From NCBI GenBank assembly GCA_963814585.1, contig CAWFDF010000012.1, positions 288,001 to 352,000 of the forward strand: DNA of 64,000 nt. Reading direction: 5' to 3'. The stretch is from an uncultured delta proteobacterium. GTDB taxonomy: Bacteria > Myxococcota > Myxococcia > Myxococcales > Anaeromyxobacteraceae. Below are positions 10,256 to 22,410 of the stretch, piece by piece. The position numbers and the translations under genes are program-made. The first letter of the stretch is position 1; each line of letters starts with the position of its first letter. The notes under the pieces are model-generated. The model made no database searches, had not been told where the DNA came from, and was given only the letters and a program-made list of their open reading frames with translations.

Positions 10256-11041
10256 TCACGGCAGGAAGAGCAGCGGGTTGCGCGGCCGGGTCCCTTCACG
10301 CACCTCGAAGTGGAGGTGGGGGCCGCTGCTGCGGCCGGTCTGGCCGACCCTGGCGATCGCCTGCCCGGCCTTGACGACGTCTCCGTCCTCCACCAGCAGC
10401 TTGCTGCAGTGGGCGTAGAGCGTCACCAGCCCGCCCTCGTGGCGCAGGATGACGATGGAGCCGTACCCTGCCTGCTCGCCAGCGTAGATGACCTTGCCCG
10501 GGGCCGCGGCGCCGATCACCGATCCCTCCGGCGCCGAGACGTCGATGCCGTCGTGGCGCCGGCCCGAGCGCACGCCGTAGCGGCCGTAGAGCACCCCCTT
10601 GAGCGGCCAGGCCAGCCTGGCCCTCCCCGCCGGGGCCACCCACTCCGGCTCGCCGCCCGGCGGCGGGCGGCCGCTGGAGGCACGCCCCTCGGCACCGGCC
10701 GCCTCCCCGGCCGGCGCCTCGAGGTCGATGACGCGGCTCGCCCCCGGCACGAACAGCTCCGAACCCACCGCCACCTGCCTCGGGTCGACGATGCCGTTCT
10801 CCTCCAGCAGGTCGGCGGGCGCCACGCCGTAGGCGCGAGCGATCCGGTAGACGGTCTCGCCCCTCTTCACCACGTGGACCACGCCCACCACCTCGGGCTC
10901 CTCGTGGTACTCGCTCGGACCGAACGGGATGGGGAGCGGGCGGGCGGGGCCGCCCTGGGCGGCGGCGGGACGAGCCCGCTGCTGCGACGCGCAGGCGGCC
11001 AGGAGCAGCGTGGCGGCGGCGAGCGCCGCCCGGCGGCTCAC
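10256..11041 (-). CDS. nlpD: LysM/M23 lipoprotein (NlpD-like)
   Basis: Lipobox LAAC, LysM ([13 protein letters not shown]), M23 [14 protein letters not shown]; follows surE. Confidence 0.8.
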   Translation of the reverse strand: MSRRAALAAATLLLAACASQQRARPAAAQGGPARPLPIPFGPSEYHEEPEVVGVVHVVKRGETVYRIARAYGVAPADLLEENGIVDPRQVAVGSELFVPGASRVIDLEAPAGEAAGAEGRASSGRPPPGGEPEWVAPAGRARLAWPLKGVLYGRYGVRSGRRHDGIDVSAPEGSVIGAAAPGKVIYAGEQAGYGSIVILRHEGGLVTLYAHCSKLLVEDGDVVKAGQAIARVGQTGRSSGPHLHFEVREGTRPRNPLLFLP

Positions 11042-11802
11042 GGAGGGGACTCCCGGGGCCAGGTGGGGAGCCGCAGGGCCTCGAGCGCGTCGAGGGCCCC
11101 GCCGTCGGTGGCGTCGAGCTGCAGCGGGGTCACCGAGGCCAGCCCCTCCTCCATCACGGCGTTGCAGTCGGATCCCGGGATGTCGTGGTTGACCGCCCCG
11201 CCCTCGCCGCCGATCCAGTAGTAGCGGCGGCCGCGTGGGTCCACCTTGGTCACCACCTCGTTGCCGTAGGTCCGCTTGCCCAGCCTGGCCAGGCGCCAGC
11301 CCCGCACCAGGCCGGCCGGGACGTTGACGTTGAGGAGCACCGGGCGCGACGGGCGGGAGCCCACCAGCGCTCGCGCCAGCTCGGCGGCCAGCCGCGCCGC
11401 CTGCTCGAAGTGGTGGGGCGGCGGCGCCGCCAGCGAGACGGCGATGGCCGGCACGCCCAGCAGCGCCCCCTCCATCGCCGCGGCCACGGTCCCGGAGTAG
11501 TGGACGTCGTTGCCGAGGTTGGGGCCGTGGTTCACGCCGGAGACCACCACGTCCGGCCAGCGATCCTTGAGGAGCAGGTTCATGCCGACGTAGACGGCGT
11601 CGGTCGGGGTGCCGTCGACCGCGTACCAGCGCGGCGCCAGCTCGTGGAGCCGGAGCGGGCGGTGCAGCGAGATGGCGTGCGACGACGCCGACTGCTCCCG
11701 GTCCGGCGCGCAGACCCAGACCTCGTCCCCCTCGAAGGCGGCCGCCAGCGAGTGAAGCCCGGCCGCGTGGACGCCGTCGTCGTTGGAGAGGAGCACCCGC
11801 AC
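11038..11802 (-). CDS. surE: 5'/3'-nucleotidase SurE
   Basis: VLLSNDDG, APDREQSASSH, DGTPTD, VSGVNHGPNLG, YSGTVAAAMEG. Confidence 0.96.
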   Translation of the reverse strand: MRVLLSNDDGVHAAGLHSLAAAFEGDEVWVCAPDREQSASSHAISLHRPLRLHELAPRWYAVDGTPTDAVYVGMNLLLKDRWPDVVVSGVNHGPNLGNDVHYSGTVAAAMEGALLGVPAIAVSLAAPPPHHFEQAARLAAELARALVGSRPSRPVLLNVNVPAGLVRGWRLARLGKRTYGNEVVTKVDPRGRRYYWIGGEGGAVNHDIPGSDCNAVMEEGLASVTPLQLDATDGGALDALEALRLPTWPRESPP

Positions 11803-11882
11803 CGGCGGGGAATGTACCAGCGGGGTCCGGGGGTGGGAAGCCGGCGCACCGTGGCCGCGCGGCGGATCGGCGGGGGAGCGAC

Positions 11883-12803
11883 CTATGGCGTCGGGTTCCG
11901 ATCCAGCCCCTGGTCCTGGAACGAGACCGGGTCCTCGATGGCCTCGAGGTGCGTGAAGACGCTGGCGTTGGGGATGACGGCGCGCACCTCCGACTCGATC
12001 CGCTCGGCCAGCTCGTGGCCCCTCCGGACCGTCCACCCGCCGGGGACGAGCACGTGCATGGAGATGAACCGGCGGGCCGCGGCCTGGCGCGTGCGCACGG
12101 CGTGGAACTGGAGCTCCGGCCCCTCGTGGCGCGAAAGCACCTCGCGGAGCGCCGCCTGCTCCCGGGGGGCCAGGGCGGTGTCGAGCAGCCCGGCCGCCGA
12201 GCGGCGCAGCAGGTGGACGCCGGTCCAGACGATCTGGGCCGCCACCACCAGCGCGATGATGGGGTCGAGGATGATCCAGCCGGTGAAGGCGACCAGGCCG
12301 ACGGCCGCCAGCACGCCGGCCGTGGTCCAGACGTCGGTCATCAGGTGCCGGGCGTCGGCCTCCAGCGCGATGGAGTGGTGGCGCTTGCCGGCGCGCAGCA
12401 GGACCCGGGCCACCCCGAAGTTGACCGCCGAGGCGCCCGTCGAGACCAGCACGCCCCAGCCGACCTGCGCCAGCGGGCGCGGCGCCAGCAGCCGATCGAC
12501 GGCGGTCCAGGCGATGCCGCCGGCGGCCAGCAGGATGAGCGCCCCCTCGGCGCCGCTGGCGAAGTACTCGGCCTTCTCGTGGCCGTAGGCGTGGTCCTCG
12601 TCGGGCGGCCGCGCCGCCACGATGAGCATGAACAGCGTGATGACGGCCGCCACCAGGTTGACCAGCGACTCGAGCGCGTCCGAGAGGAGGCCCACCGACC
12701 CGGTCAGCCGCCAGGCCACCGTCTTCATGCCGATGGTCACCACGGCCGCGGCGATGGAGAGGAGGGCGAAGCGGCGAAGGTCGCCGTTGGGGGCGCTGGT
12801 CAT
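11883..12803 (-). CDS. Cation diffusion facilitator family transporter
   Basis: [36 protein letters not shown], several TM helices. Confidence 0.92.
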   Translation of the reverse strand: MTSAPNGDLRRFALLSIAAAVVTIGMKTVAWRLTGSVGLLSDALESLVNLVAAVITLFMLIVAARPPDEDHAYGHEKAEYFASGAEGALILLAAGGIAWTAVDRLLAPRPLAQVGWGVLVSTGASAVNFGVARVLLRAGKRHHSIALEADARHLMTDVWTTAGVLAAVGLVAFTGWIILDPIIALVVAAQIVWTGVHLLRRSAAGLLDTALAPREQAALREVLSRHEGPELQFHAVRTRQAAARRFISMHVLVPGGWTVRRGHELAERIESEVRAVIPNASVFTHLEAIEDPVSFQDQGLDRNPTP

Positions 12804-12817
12804 TGACTCACTCTACG

Positions 12818-13708
12818 TCACACGGGGAGGCGGCGGAGCGCCTCCCGCCCCACCCAGTCGCAGGCGAACTGCCAGGCGATCCGGCCGCTCCGGTCCCCCT
12901 TCCGCTGCGACCAGAGGATGGCCTCGGCCTCGGCGTCGGCGGTCCACGCCGTGGCCACCCCGGCCCGCGCGGCCAGGCGCGTGACCCACTGCCGCACCAC
13001 CTCAACGTACCGGTCCTGGCTGAAGGGGTGGAACGGGACCCAGAGGCCGAAGCGCCCGGAGAGCGAGATCTTCTCCTCGACCGCCTCGCCGTGGTGCACC
13101 TCCCCCTCCACCATCATGGCGCCGCGGTTGTCGCTCTCGAACTCGCTGACCAGGTGGCGCCGGTTGGAGGTGACGTAGATGAGGACGTTGTCCGGCAGCG
13201 CGTAGACCGAGCCGTCGAGGGCGCTCTTCAGCACCTTGTAGCTGGGGTCGCCGGTCTCGAAGGAGAGGTCGTCGGAGAAGATGAGGAAGCGCCAGGGCTG
13301 GGCCTTCACCGCCTCGACGATGGCCGGGAGGCTGACCAGGTCGTCCTTGTCCACCTGGATGATCCGCAGCCCCTGCGGCGCGTAGGTGTGGAGCAGGGCT
13401 CGCACCAGCGACGACTTGCCGGTGCCGCGCGTGCCCCAGAGCAGCGCGTTGTTGGCCGGCAGGCCGGCCAGGAACTGGCGGGTGTTGGCCTCGACGGTCT
13501 GCTTCTGGGCCTCGATGCCGAGCAGGTCGTCGAGGTGCACGGCCTCGATCTGCGGCACCGGCTCCAGCGTCCCGGAGAACGGGCTGCGGTGCCAGTTGGC
13601 GGCGTGGCAGGTGGCCCAGTCGATGGCCGGGACCGGCTTGGGGAGCAGCGGCTCCAGCGCGGCCAGCACCCGCTTCAGCTGCGCGGTCAGTTCGGGATCG
13701 AGGCTCAC
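12818..13708 (-). CDS. AAA+ ATP-binding protein (DUF815)
   Basis: ANNALLWGTRGTGKSS Walker A, FSDDLSF, TSNRRHL, EEKISLSGRFGLW. Confidence 0.88.
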   Translation of the reverse strand: MSLDPELTAQLKRVLAALEPLLPKPVPAIDWATCHAANWHRSPFSGTLEPVPQIEAVHLDDLLGIEAQKQTVEANTRQFLAGLPANNALLWGTRGTGKSSLVRALLHTYAPQGLRIIQVDKDDLVSLPAIVEAVKAQPWRFLIFSDDLSFETGDPSYKVLKSALDGSVYALPDNVLIYVTSNRRHLVSEFESDNRGAMMVEGEVHHGEAVEEKISLSGRFGLWVPFHPFSQDRYVEVVRQWVTRLAARAGVATAWTADAEAEAILWSQRKGDRSGRIAWQFACDWVGREALRRLPV

Positions 13709-13808
13709 GTTCTCTCCGCGATGCGGGCCACCCGGCCCTCCAGAGAGGCCGGGGCAGGGACCGGCTGGCCCCTGCCCCGCGGATCGTGCCGGCCGGGCCC
13801 TGCCGGCG

Positions 13809-14620
13809 CTAGTCGCCCGAGGCGGCCCTGGCGGTGGAGATGGCGCCGATCTTCTCCAGGAACAGGGCCTTGGTGAACTCGCGGTTCATGCGGGCGATGA
13901 ACTTCACCTTGATGCCCTTGGGGCAGGCCCCCTCGCACTCGTAGTGGTTGCTGCAGTTGCCGAAGCCGAGGTCGGCCATGGCGTTGACCATGGCGGCGAC
14001 GCGCTGGGGCGCCTCCACCTGGCCCTGCGGCAGCTCGGCCAGCTGCGACACCTTGGCGCCGGCGAAGAGCATGGCCGCGCCGTTGGGGCAGGCCGCCACG
14101 CAGGCGCCGCAGCCGATGCACTCGGCCGCGTCCATGGCGTAGTCGGCCTCGGGCTTGCCCACCAGGATGGCGTTGCCGTCGGGCACGCCGCCGGTGTGGC
14201 AGGAGACGAAGCCGGCCGTCTGGATCAGCTTGTCCAGCGCGCCCCGGTCGACGATCAGGTCCCGCAGGATGGGGAAGGCCCGGGCCCGCCACGGCTCCAG
14301 GTAGATGGCGTCGCCGTCCTTGAACTTCCGCATGTGCAGCTGGCAGAGCGTGGTGCGCTCCTGCCCGCCGTGCGGGACGCCGTTGACCACCGCGGAGCAC
14401 ATCCCGCAGATGCCCTCCCGGCAGTCGTGGTCGAAGGCGATGGGGTCCTTCCCCGCCTTGATCAGGTCCTCGTTCACCACGTCCAGCATCTCCAGGAAGG
14501 AGTGGTGGGGCGTGATGCCCTTGGCGTCGTAGGTCTCGAACTGGCCCGGCTTGTCGGCCGCCGGCTGCCGCCAGACGATGAGCTTGAGGTTCATGGTCGC
14601 GTGCTCGGTGTGGGCGCTCA

Positions 14621-14621
<1 letters not shown>
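13809..14621 (-). CDS. sdhB: Succinate dehydrogenase/fumarate reductase Fe-S subunit
   Basis: [36 protein letters not shown]. Confidence 0.95.
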
Positions 14622-16540
<1,919 letters not shown>

Positions 16541-16551
16541 GGTAGTTCCCC

Positions 16552-17223
16552 TTACTTGGCGATCAGGCCAAAGAGAATGGCGACGGGGATGGCCCCGTAG
16601 CCGAGGAGGAAGATCACGGAGAGCACGCCGCCGAACTTGACGAAGCCCGGCATGGTCTTGGGGTTGTTGAGGCCCAGCGACTGGAAGGTGCTCTGGATGC
16701 CGTGCGAGAGGTGGAAGTAGAGCATGAGCATGGCGACCACGTAGACCACCGCGGTGACCGCCTTGCCGAAGCCGGCGGCGACCATGGCGAAGACGTCGAA
16801 GCGGCCGAGGGCATCCTGCACCTGCACGATCTCCATGCCCGGGACCGAGCGGATCGTGAAGTGGAACAGGTGGAAGACGATGAAGGCGCCCAGCAGCAGC
16901 CCGGTCCAGATCATGTTCTTGCTGGCGAAGGTGACCCGCAGCCGGCGGTCGACCGCGTAGCGGGTCGGGTTGGCGGCGCGGTTCTCCAGGGTGATCTGGA
17001 TCGAGAGGACGAGGTGGAAGAGGACCGCCGCCAGCATCACCACCCGGGTGGCCCAGACCACCGCGGGCAGGCCGTGGAGCTTCTCGGCGTAGGTGTTGAT
17101 GCCATTGGCCCCGGCGAAGATGCTCAGGTTGCCGAGCAGGTGGCCGACGACGAACAGGACCATCAGCAGGCCCGTGATCGCCATCACGACCTTTCTTCCG
17201 ATGGAGTCCGAGAGCAGTCGCAT
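16552..17223 (-). CDS. sdhC: Succinate dehydrogenase cytochrome b subunit (b558 family)
   Basis: [26 protein letters not shown], five TM helices with heme His ligands; first gene of the operon. Confidence 0.93.
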   Translation of the reverse strand: MRLLSDSIGRKVVMAITGLLMVLFVVGHLLGNLSIFAGANGINTYAEKLHGLPAVVWATRVVMLAAVLFHLVLSIQITLENRAANPTRYAVDRRLRVTFASKNMIWTGLLLGAFIVFHLFHFTIRSVPGMEIVQVQDALGRFDVFAMVAAGFGKAVTAVVYVVAMLMLYFHLSHGIQSTFQSLGLNNPKTMPGFVKFGGVLSVIFLLGYGAIPVAILFGLIAK

Positions 17224-17482
17224 GAGGTGTGTCCCTTCTTCCTGGGTGGAGCGCCGGCGCGTCGGGCCGGCCTCCAGGCAAAGTGAACGGCGCGGGGGTT
17301 TCCCGGTTGAAGCGGGTGCGCATGGTACGGGATCTGGCAGCGGATGTGGTGATCCAGCGCAGTTCCAGGCGCCGTTTTTTTCGGGTCATCGCCCGCTCAG
17401 GTCTACAAAGGGCGCTGACCGCACCGCCACGCGCTGCGTCGATCGGCCACGCCGGGGGGAGCCGGCCAGGTTAGAACCGGCC

Positions 17483-18805
17483 ATGGACGCCCTGCTGCCC
17501 GTCACCGCGCTGGCCCTGGCCGGGTGGGTCGGCGTCGCCTGGCTCGCCTGGCGGTCGGACCGGTCCCTGCCCGACCTCGAGGACCAGCCGCCCGACCCCG
17601 CGCCGCCCCCGCTCTCGGTGGTGATGCCGTGCCGCGACGAGGCCCGCCACGTCGAGGCGTCCGTCCGCTCCCTGCTGGCGCAGGATCTCCCGGCGCTGGA
17701 GGTGGTGGCGGTCGACGACCGCTCCACCGACGCCACCGGCGCCATCCTCGACCGGCTGGCCGCCGCGGACCCACGCCTCTCCGTGATCCACGTGCCCGCC
17801 CTCCCGGCCGGCTGGCTCGGCAAGAACCACGCGCTCGAGGCCGGGGGTCGCCGGGCTCGCGGCGAGTGGCTCCTCTTCACCGATGGTGACGTGCTCTTCC
17901 GCCCCGGGGCGCTGCGTCGCGCCCTCGGGTACGCCCGCGCCCACGGCCTCGGCCACCTGGCGGCGGCCCCGCGCTTCATCGCCCCCGGCTTCCTGGAGCG
18001 GGCTTTCGTCACCGGCTTCGGCGCCTTCGCCTCGCTCGCCTTCCGCGTCCACCGGCTGCGCGTCCCGGGGAGCGGCGCCTTCGTCGGCATCGGCGCCTTC
18101 AACCTGGTGCGGCGCGCCGACTGGGAGCGGATTGGCGGGCACTCCCGCCTGCGGCTCGAGGTGGTCGACGACCTCAAGCTCGGGCTGGTGCTGCGCCGGA
18201 GCGGCGTGGCGCAGGGAGCGGTCTCGGGCGGCGCCCTGGTCGCGGTGCGCTGGCAGCACGGCTTCTGGCCCTCGGTGCTCGGCCTGGTCAAGAACGCCTT
18301 CGCCGGCACCGAGTACCGTCCCTGGCTGGCGCTGCTGGCGTCGCTCCTGCTCCTGCTGGCCGGGACCGCGCCGCTGCTGCTGGCGCTCGCCGCCCTGGCG
18401 CTGGGGCAGGCGCCGGCGGCGGCGCTGGCCGGCGGGGCCCTGCTGGTCGGGGTGGCCATCCACGGGGGCGCGGCGCGGCGGCTGGCGGGTGGCAGCGGCC
18501 TGGAGGGGCTGGCGCTGCCGCTCTCCTCGGCGCTGCTGGCGGGCGTCCTGGTCGGCAGCACCGCGGCGGTGCTCTGGCGCGGCGGCGTGGTCTGGAGGGG
18601 GACGCGCTATCCCCTCGCCGAGCTTCGGCGCGGCTGCGTCCGCATGGGGGACTGGCCGCCGCAGGCGGCGGTCGGCTGGCCCGGCGACCCGGCCCGCCGC
18701 CGGGATCCACGCCGGCCTCCGCCGTCCCACCGCCCATCCGCCGGCGCCGCGCCCGGCGACGTCGCCTCCGCCGGAGCGGAGGGTCACCCGCCCGGGCCGA
18801 CTTGA
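17483..18805 (+). CDS. Glycosyltransferase family 2, membrane-bound
   Basis: SVVMPCRDE, VDDRSTDAT, GWLGKNHA, LFTDGD, VDDLKLG; C-terminal TM helices. Confidence 0.88.
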   Translation: MDALLPVTALALAGWVGVAWLAWRSDRSLPDLEDQPPDPAPPPLSVVMPCRDEARHVEASVRSLLAQDLPALEVVAVDDRSTDATGAILDRLAAADPRLSVIHVPALPAGWLGKNHALEAGGRRARGEWLLFTDGDVLFRPGALRRALGYARAHGLGHLAAAPRFIAPGFLERAFVTGFGAFASLAFRVHRLRVPGSGAFVGIGAFNLVRRADWERIGGHSRLRLEVVDDLKLGLVLRRSGVAQGAVSGGALVAVRWQHGFWPSVLGLVKNAFAGTEYRPWLALLASLLLLLAGTAPLLLALAALALGQAPAAALAGGALLVGVAIHGGAARRLAGGSGLEGLALPLSSALLAGVLVGSTAAVLWRGGVVWRGTRYPLAELRRGCVRMGDWPPQAAVGWPGDPARRRDPRRPPPSHRPSAGAAPGDVASAGAEGHPPGPT

Positions 18806-18871
18806 ACGCTCGCCACCGGCCGGGACCGGTGCCAAGATCGGCGGGTCTCCTGGACGTGGAAGGACGGGTCG

Positions 18872-20236
18872 ATGGGAAACGTTTCGAAGCGGCCGAAGCC
18901 CAGGCTCGAGCCGGAGTACTGCAAGGGCTGCAACCGCTGCGTGGAGTCCTGCGCCCACGGCTTCATCGTGCCGGGACAGGAGGTCAACCCGCTGACCGGG
19001 CTGCTGCCGGTCTCGCTCCACCTCGACGAGTGCAACGGCTGCGGGGTCTGCATCGACGCCTGCCCCGAGCCGTACGGCCTGCGGCTCCCGGAGGACGGTC
19101 CGGCCCGGCCGAGGCCACGGCCGGAGGACGTGCCCGCCGTGCGCCTGCCGCTCCCCGGGGGCCGGCCGCTCATCGTGAAGGGGGCCCACGCCTCCGCCAT
19201 CGGCGCTCTGCTGGCCGGCTGCCGCCACTTCTTCGGCTACCCCATCACCCCGTCCACCGAGGGGGCGGAGCTGATGGCGCGGCTGCTGCCCCGGCTCGAC
19301 GGCCACTTCGTGCAGGCGGTGAGCGAGGTGGCGGCGATCAACATGATGTACGGCTGCGGCGGCGCCGGCCTCCCCTGCATGACCTTCACCTCCTCGCCCG
19401 GGTTCAGCCTGATGCTGGAGGGGCTGAGCTACATGATCGGCGCCGAGGTGCCGGGGGTGATCGTCAACGTGATGCGCGGCGGCCCGGGGCTGGGCGGCCT
19501 GGGGCCCGAGCAGTCGGACCTCAAGCTGATGTGCCGCGGCCTCGGCCACGGCGGGACGCAGGCCATCGTGCTGGCGCCGGCCACCCCCCAGGAGATGCTC
19601 GACTTCACGCAGCTGGCCTTCGAGCTGGCCTTCGCCTACCGCAACCCGGTGGTGATCGCGGCCGATGGCTACCTCGGGCAGATGACCGGCAAGGTGGCGC
19701 TGCCGGCGGCCGCGGTGAAGCCAGGGCTCCCGGCCTGGGCGGTCTCCGGCGACGCCGCCCACCGCGGCAACCTCACCAACTCCTTCCACCTCGCCGAGGC
19801 CGACCTCGAGACCCACAACCGTCACCTCCAGGCCAAGTACCTGGAGATGACCAGGGCCGAGCAGCGCGCCGAGCTCTACCGCTGCGAGGGCGCCGAGGTG
19901 CTGCTGGTGGCCTGCAACACGCCGGGGCGCATGGCCAAGGGGGCGGTGCGGGCGCTGCGCGAGGAGGGGATCGCCGCCGGCCTCTTCCGGCCGCAGACGC
20001 TCTGGCCCTTCCCCATCCAGGCGCTCCTGCCGCTCCTCGAGAGGGCCCGGCAGATCGTGGTGGTGGAGGCGAGCGCCGGGCAGCTGGAGGACGAGCTCCG
20101 GCTGGCGCTCTCCCACGCCGGCGCCGGGAACGGGGTCGAGCTCAGGAACGTCCGGCGCCTGGGCGGGGTGCTCCCCTCGCAGCGCGAGATCGTCGACGGC
20201 GTGCGCGCTGCGGTGAGGCGGAGGGCGACGGCGTGA
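18872..20236 (+). CDS. 2-oxoacid:ferredoxin oxidoreductase, ferredoxin(delta)-alpha fusion
   Basis: CKGCNRCVESC and CNGCGVCIDACP dicluster, then GYPITPSTE, TSSPGFSLM, RGGPGLG. Confidence 0.88.
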   Translation: MGNVSKRPKPRLEPEYCKGCNRCVESCAHGFIVPGQEVNPLTGLLPVSLHLDECNGCGVCIDACPEPYGLRLPEDGPARPRPRPEDVPAVRLPLPGGRPLIVKGAHASAIGALLAGCRHFFGYPITPSTEGAELMARLLPRLDGHFVQAVSEVAAINMMYGCGGAGLPCMTFTSSPGFSLMLEGLSYMIGAEVPGVIVNVMRGGPGLGGLGPEQSDLKLMCRGLGHGGTQAIVLAPATPQEMLDFTQLAFELAFAYRNPVVIAADGYLGQMTGKVALPAAAVKPGLPAWAVSGDAAHRGNLTNSFHLAEADLETHNRHLQAKYLEMTRAEQRAELYRCEGAEVLLVACNTPGRMAKGAVRALREEGIAAGLFRPQTLWPFPIQALLPLLERARQIVVVEASAGQLEDELRLALSHAGAGNGVELRNVRRLGGVLPSQREIVDGVRAAVRRRATA

Positions 20237-21669
20237 GCACCTTCTACGAGCGGTTCGAGCGGCACGACCACGCCTCCGGCCTGAAGGCCAGGACCACCCA
20301 CTACTGCCCGGGCTGCGGCCACGGGCTGATCCACAAGATGATCGCCGACGGCATCGAGGCGCTGGGGCTGCAGGACCGCACCGTGGCGATCTCGCCGGTC
20401 GGCTGCGCCGTCTTCCTCCACTACTACCTCGACGTCGGCAACAGCCAGGCCCCCCACGGCCGGGCCCCGGCGGTGGGGATCGGCCACAAGCTGGCCAACC
20501 CCGAGGCCATCGTCATCAGCTACCAGGGCGACGGCGACCTGGCCTCCATCGGGCTGGCCGAGATCATCCAGGCCGCCCAGCTGGGGCTGCCGTTCACGGT
20601 GGTCTTCGTCAACAACGCCATCTACGGCATGACCGGCGGCCAGCTCGCCCCCACCACGCTGATGGGGCAGCGGACCTCCACCAGCCCGACCGGCCGCGAC
20701 CGCCACATGGGCTCGCCGCTGCGGATGGCCGAGCTGATGGCCCAGATCGACGGCGCCGTGTACGTGGAGCGGGTGGCGCTCTTCGACGCCAAGCAGCGGG
20801 TCCGCGCCGCCAAGGCCATCAAGAAGGCGCTGAAGCTGCAGGCGGACCGGGCCGGCTTCGCCTTCGTCGAGGTGCTGGCCGAGTGCCCGACCCACCTCGG
20901 CCTGACGCCGCCCGAGGCCGAGCGGTGGGTGGCCGAGAAGATGGTCCCGGTCTTCCCGCTGGGCGTGAAGAAGGAGGCGATCGGCGAGCCGTTCCCGCCC
21001 TGGCCCCTCCCCTCCCACGACCCGGCCGAGCTGCTCCGGCTCGTGGGGGCCAACGACGCCCCGGTGGAGCGCCACTGCGCCGGCTTCCCCGGGTCCGTCT
21101 TCGGCGACGACGTCGCGCTCAAGCTGGCCGGCGCCGGCGGCGACGGCGCCCAGACCGCCGCCATGCTCCTCACCCGGTCGGCCATCCACGAGGGGTTCGA
21201 CGCCACCCACATCCCCAGCTACGGCCCGGAGTCGCGCGGCGGGACCTCCTACGCCGACGTCCGCATCGCCGAGGTCGAGGTGCTCTCGCCGGCGGCGCCC
21301 CATCCGCACGTGCTGGTGGCCTTCAACGCCCCCAGCCTGGCCCGCTTCGGCCCCGAGGTCCCGGCCGGCGGCGTGATCATCTACGACTCGACGGTGGTCC
21401 TGTCCGCGCCGCCGCTGCCGGCCGGCGTGCGGGTCGTCCCGGTGCCGTGCACCGCCATCGCCCACGAGCTGGGGCACCAGCTGGTGAAGAACGTGGTGGC
21501 GCTGGGCGCGCTGCTGGGCGCGACCCATCTGTTCCCGCCCGAGACGCTGCTGGCGACGCTCCGCCGGGCGCTGGCGTCGAAGCCCGCGCTGCTCGCCGCC
21601 AACGAGGAGGCGCTGGCCCGCGGCCAGCGCGCCGCGGAGGAGTCGCTGGCGCGCTCGGCGTCCCGGTGA
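20233..21669 (+). CDS. 2-oxoacid:ferredoxin oxidoreductase, beta(TPP)-gamma fusion
   Basis: HYCPGCGH, GDGDLASIG..NNAIYGMTGGQ TPP motif, then gamma domain AGAGGDG, SYGPESRGG, KNVVALGAL; GTGA overlap with the upstream gene. Confidence 0.88.
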   Translation: MSTFYERFERHDHASGLKARTTHYCPGCGHGLIHKMIADGIEALGLQDRTVAISPVGCAVFLHYYLDVGNSQAPHGRAPAVGIGHKLANPEAIVISYQGDGDLASIGLAEIIQAAQLGLPFTVVFVNNAIYGMTGGQLAPTTLMGQRTSTSPTGRDRHMGSPLRMAELMAQIDGAVYVERVALFDAKQRVRAAKAIKKALKLQADRAGFAFVEVLAECPTHLGLTPPEAERWVAEKMVPVFPLGVKKEAIGEPFPPWPLPSHDPAELLRLVGANDAPVERHCAGFPGSVFGDDVALKLAGAGGDGAQTAAMLLTRSAIHEGFDATHIPSYGPESRGGTSYADVRIAEVEVLSPAAPHPHVLVAFNAPSLARFGPEVPAGGVIIYDSTVVLSAPPLPAGVRVVPVPCTAIAHELGHQLVKNVVALGALLGATHLFPPETLLATLRRALASKPALLAANEEALARGQRAAEESLARSASR

Positions 21670-21693
21670 GCACCCCGTGGTACCGTGCCGGGC

Positions 21694-22401
21694 ATGGCCG
21701 GCCCCTCCGAGCACCACGCCGTGGCCGTCGTCGACGCCTGGGACGAGACCGGCGCGCTTCGCGCGGTGCGGCTCCGGCTTCCCCCGGCGGTGGCGGGCGC
21801 GCACCAGCGGCCCGGCCAGGTGGTCAAGGTGAAGGTGGCGCCGGGCGAGGCCTACTTCGCGCTGGCCACCGCACCCTCGGCCGACGGCCGCGTGGAGCTG
21901 CTGGTGAAGCGTGGGGGCCAGGTGGCCGACGCGGTGGTGGCGGCGGCCCGGCCCGGCGCCGCGCTGCAGCTGACGGCCCCGTTCGGCCGCGGCTTCCCCT
22001 TCGAGTCGGCGCTGGGGCACGACGTGCTCCTCTTCGCGGCCGGCTCCGGCATCGCCCCGGTCCGCTCGCTGATCCAGGCGCTGGTGGCCCGCCGCGAGGA
22101 GGTCGACCGGGTGGTGCTCTTCTACGGCCAGCGGCGCGGCGCCGAGTTCGCCTACCGCGCCGAGCACCTGGGCTGGGAGCGGCGCGGCGTCCGGGTGGTG
22201 CTCTGCCCGTCGGCCGAGGACGACGCCTGGCCCGGCGTGCGCGGGCGCGTCCAGGAGGCCGCTCGCGCCCTCGACTGGGGCGGCGCCCGGCCCACCCAGG
22301 CCTCCGCCTTCGTCTGCGGCATGTCCCCCATGGTGAACGACGTCCGGGCCGCGCTGGCCGCGGCCGGCGCCGCGGCCGAGCGCGTCCACGTGAACTTCTA
22401 G
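21694..22401 (+). CDS. FAD/NAD(P)-binding oxidoreductase (FNR-like)
   Basis: PGQVV, YFALAT, APFGRGF, AAGSGIAP, FVCG; no C-terminal 2Fe-2S cysteines. Confidence 0.82.
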   Translation: MAGPSEHHAVAVVDAWDETGALRAVRLRLPPAVAGAHQRPGQVVKVKVAPGEAYFALATAPSADGRVELLVKRGGQVADAVVAAARPGAALQLTAPFGRGFPFESALGHDVLLFAAGSGIAPVRSLIQALVARREEVDRVVLFYGQRRGAEFAYRAEHLGWERRGVRVVLCPSAEDDAWPGVRGRVQEAARALDWGGARPTQASAFVCGMSPMVNDVRAALAAAGAAAERVHVNF

Positions 22402-22410
22402 CGCCCGGCC

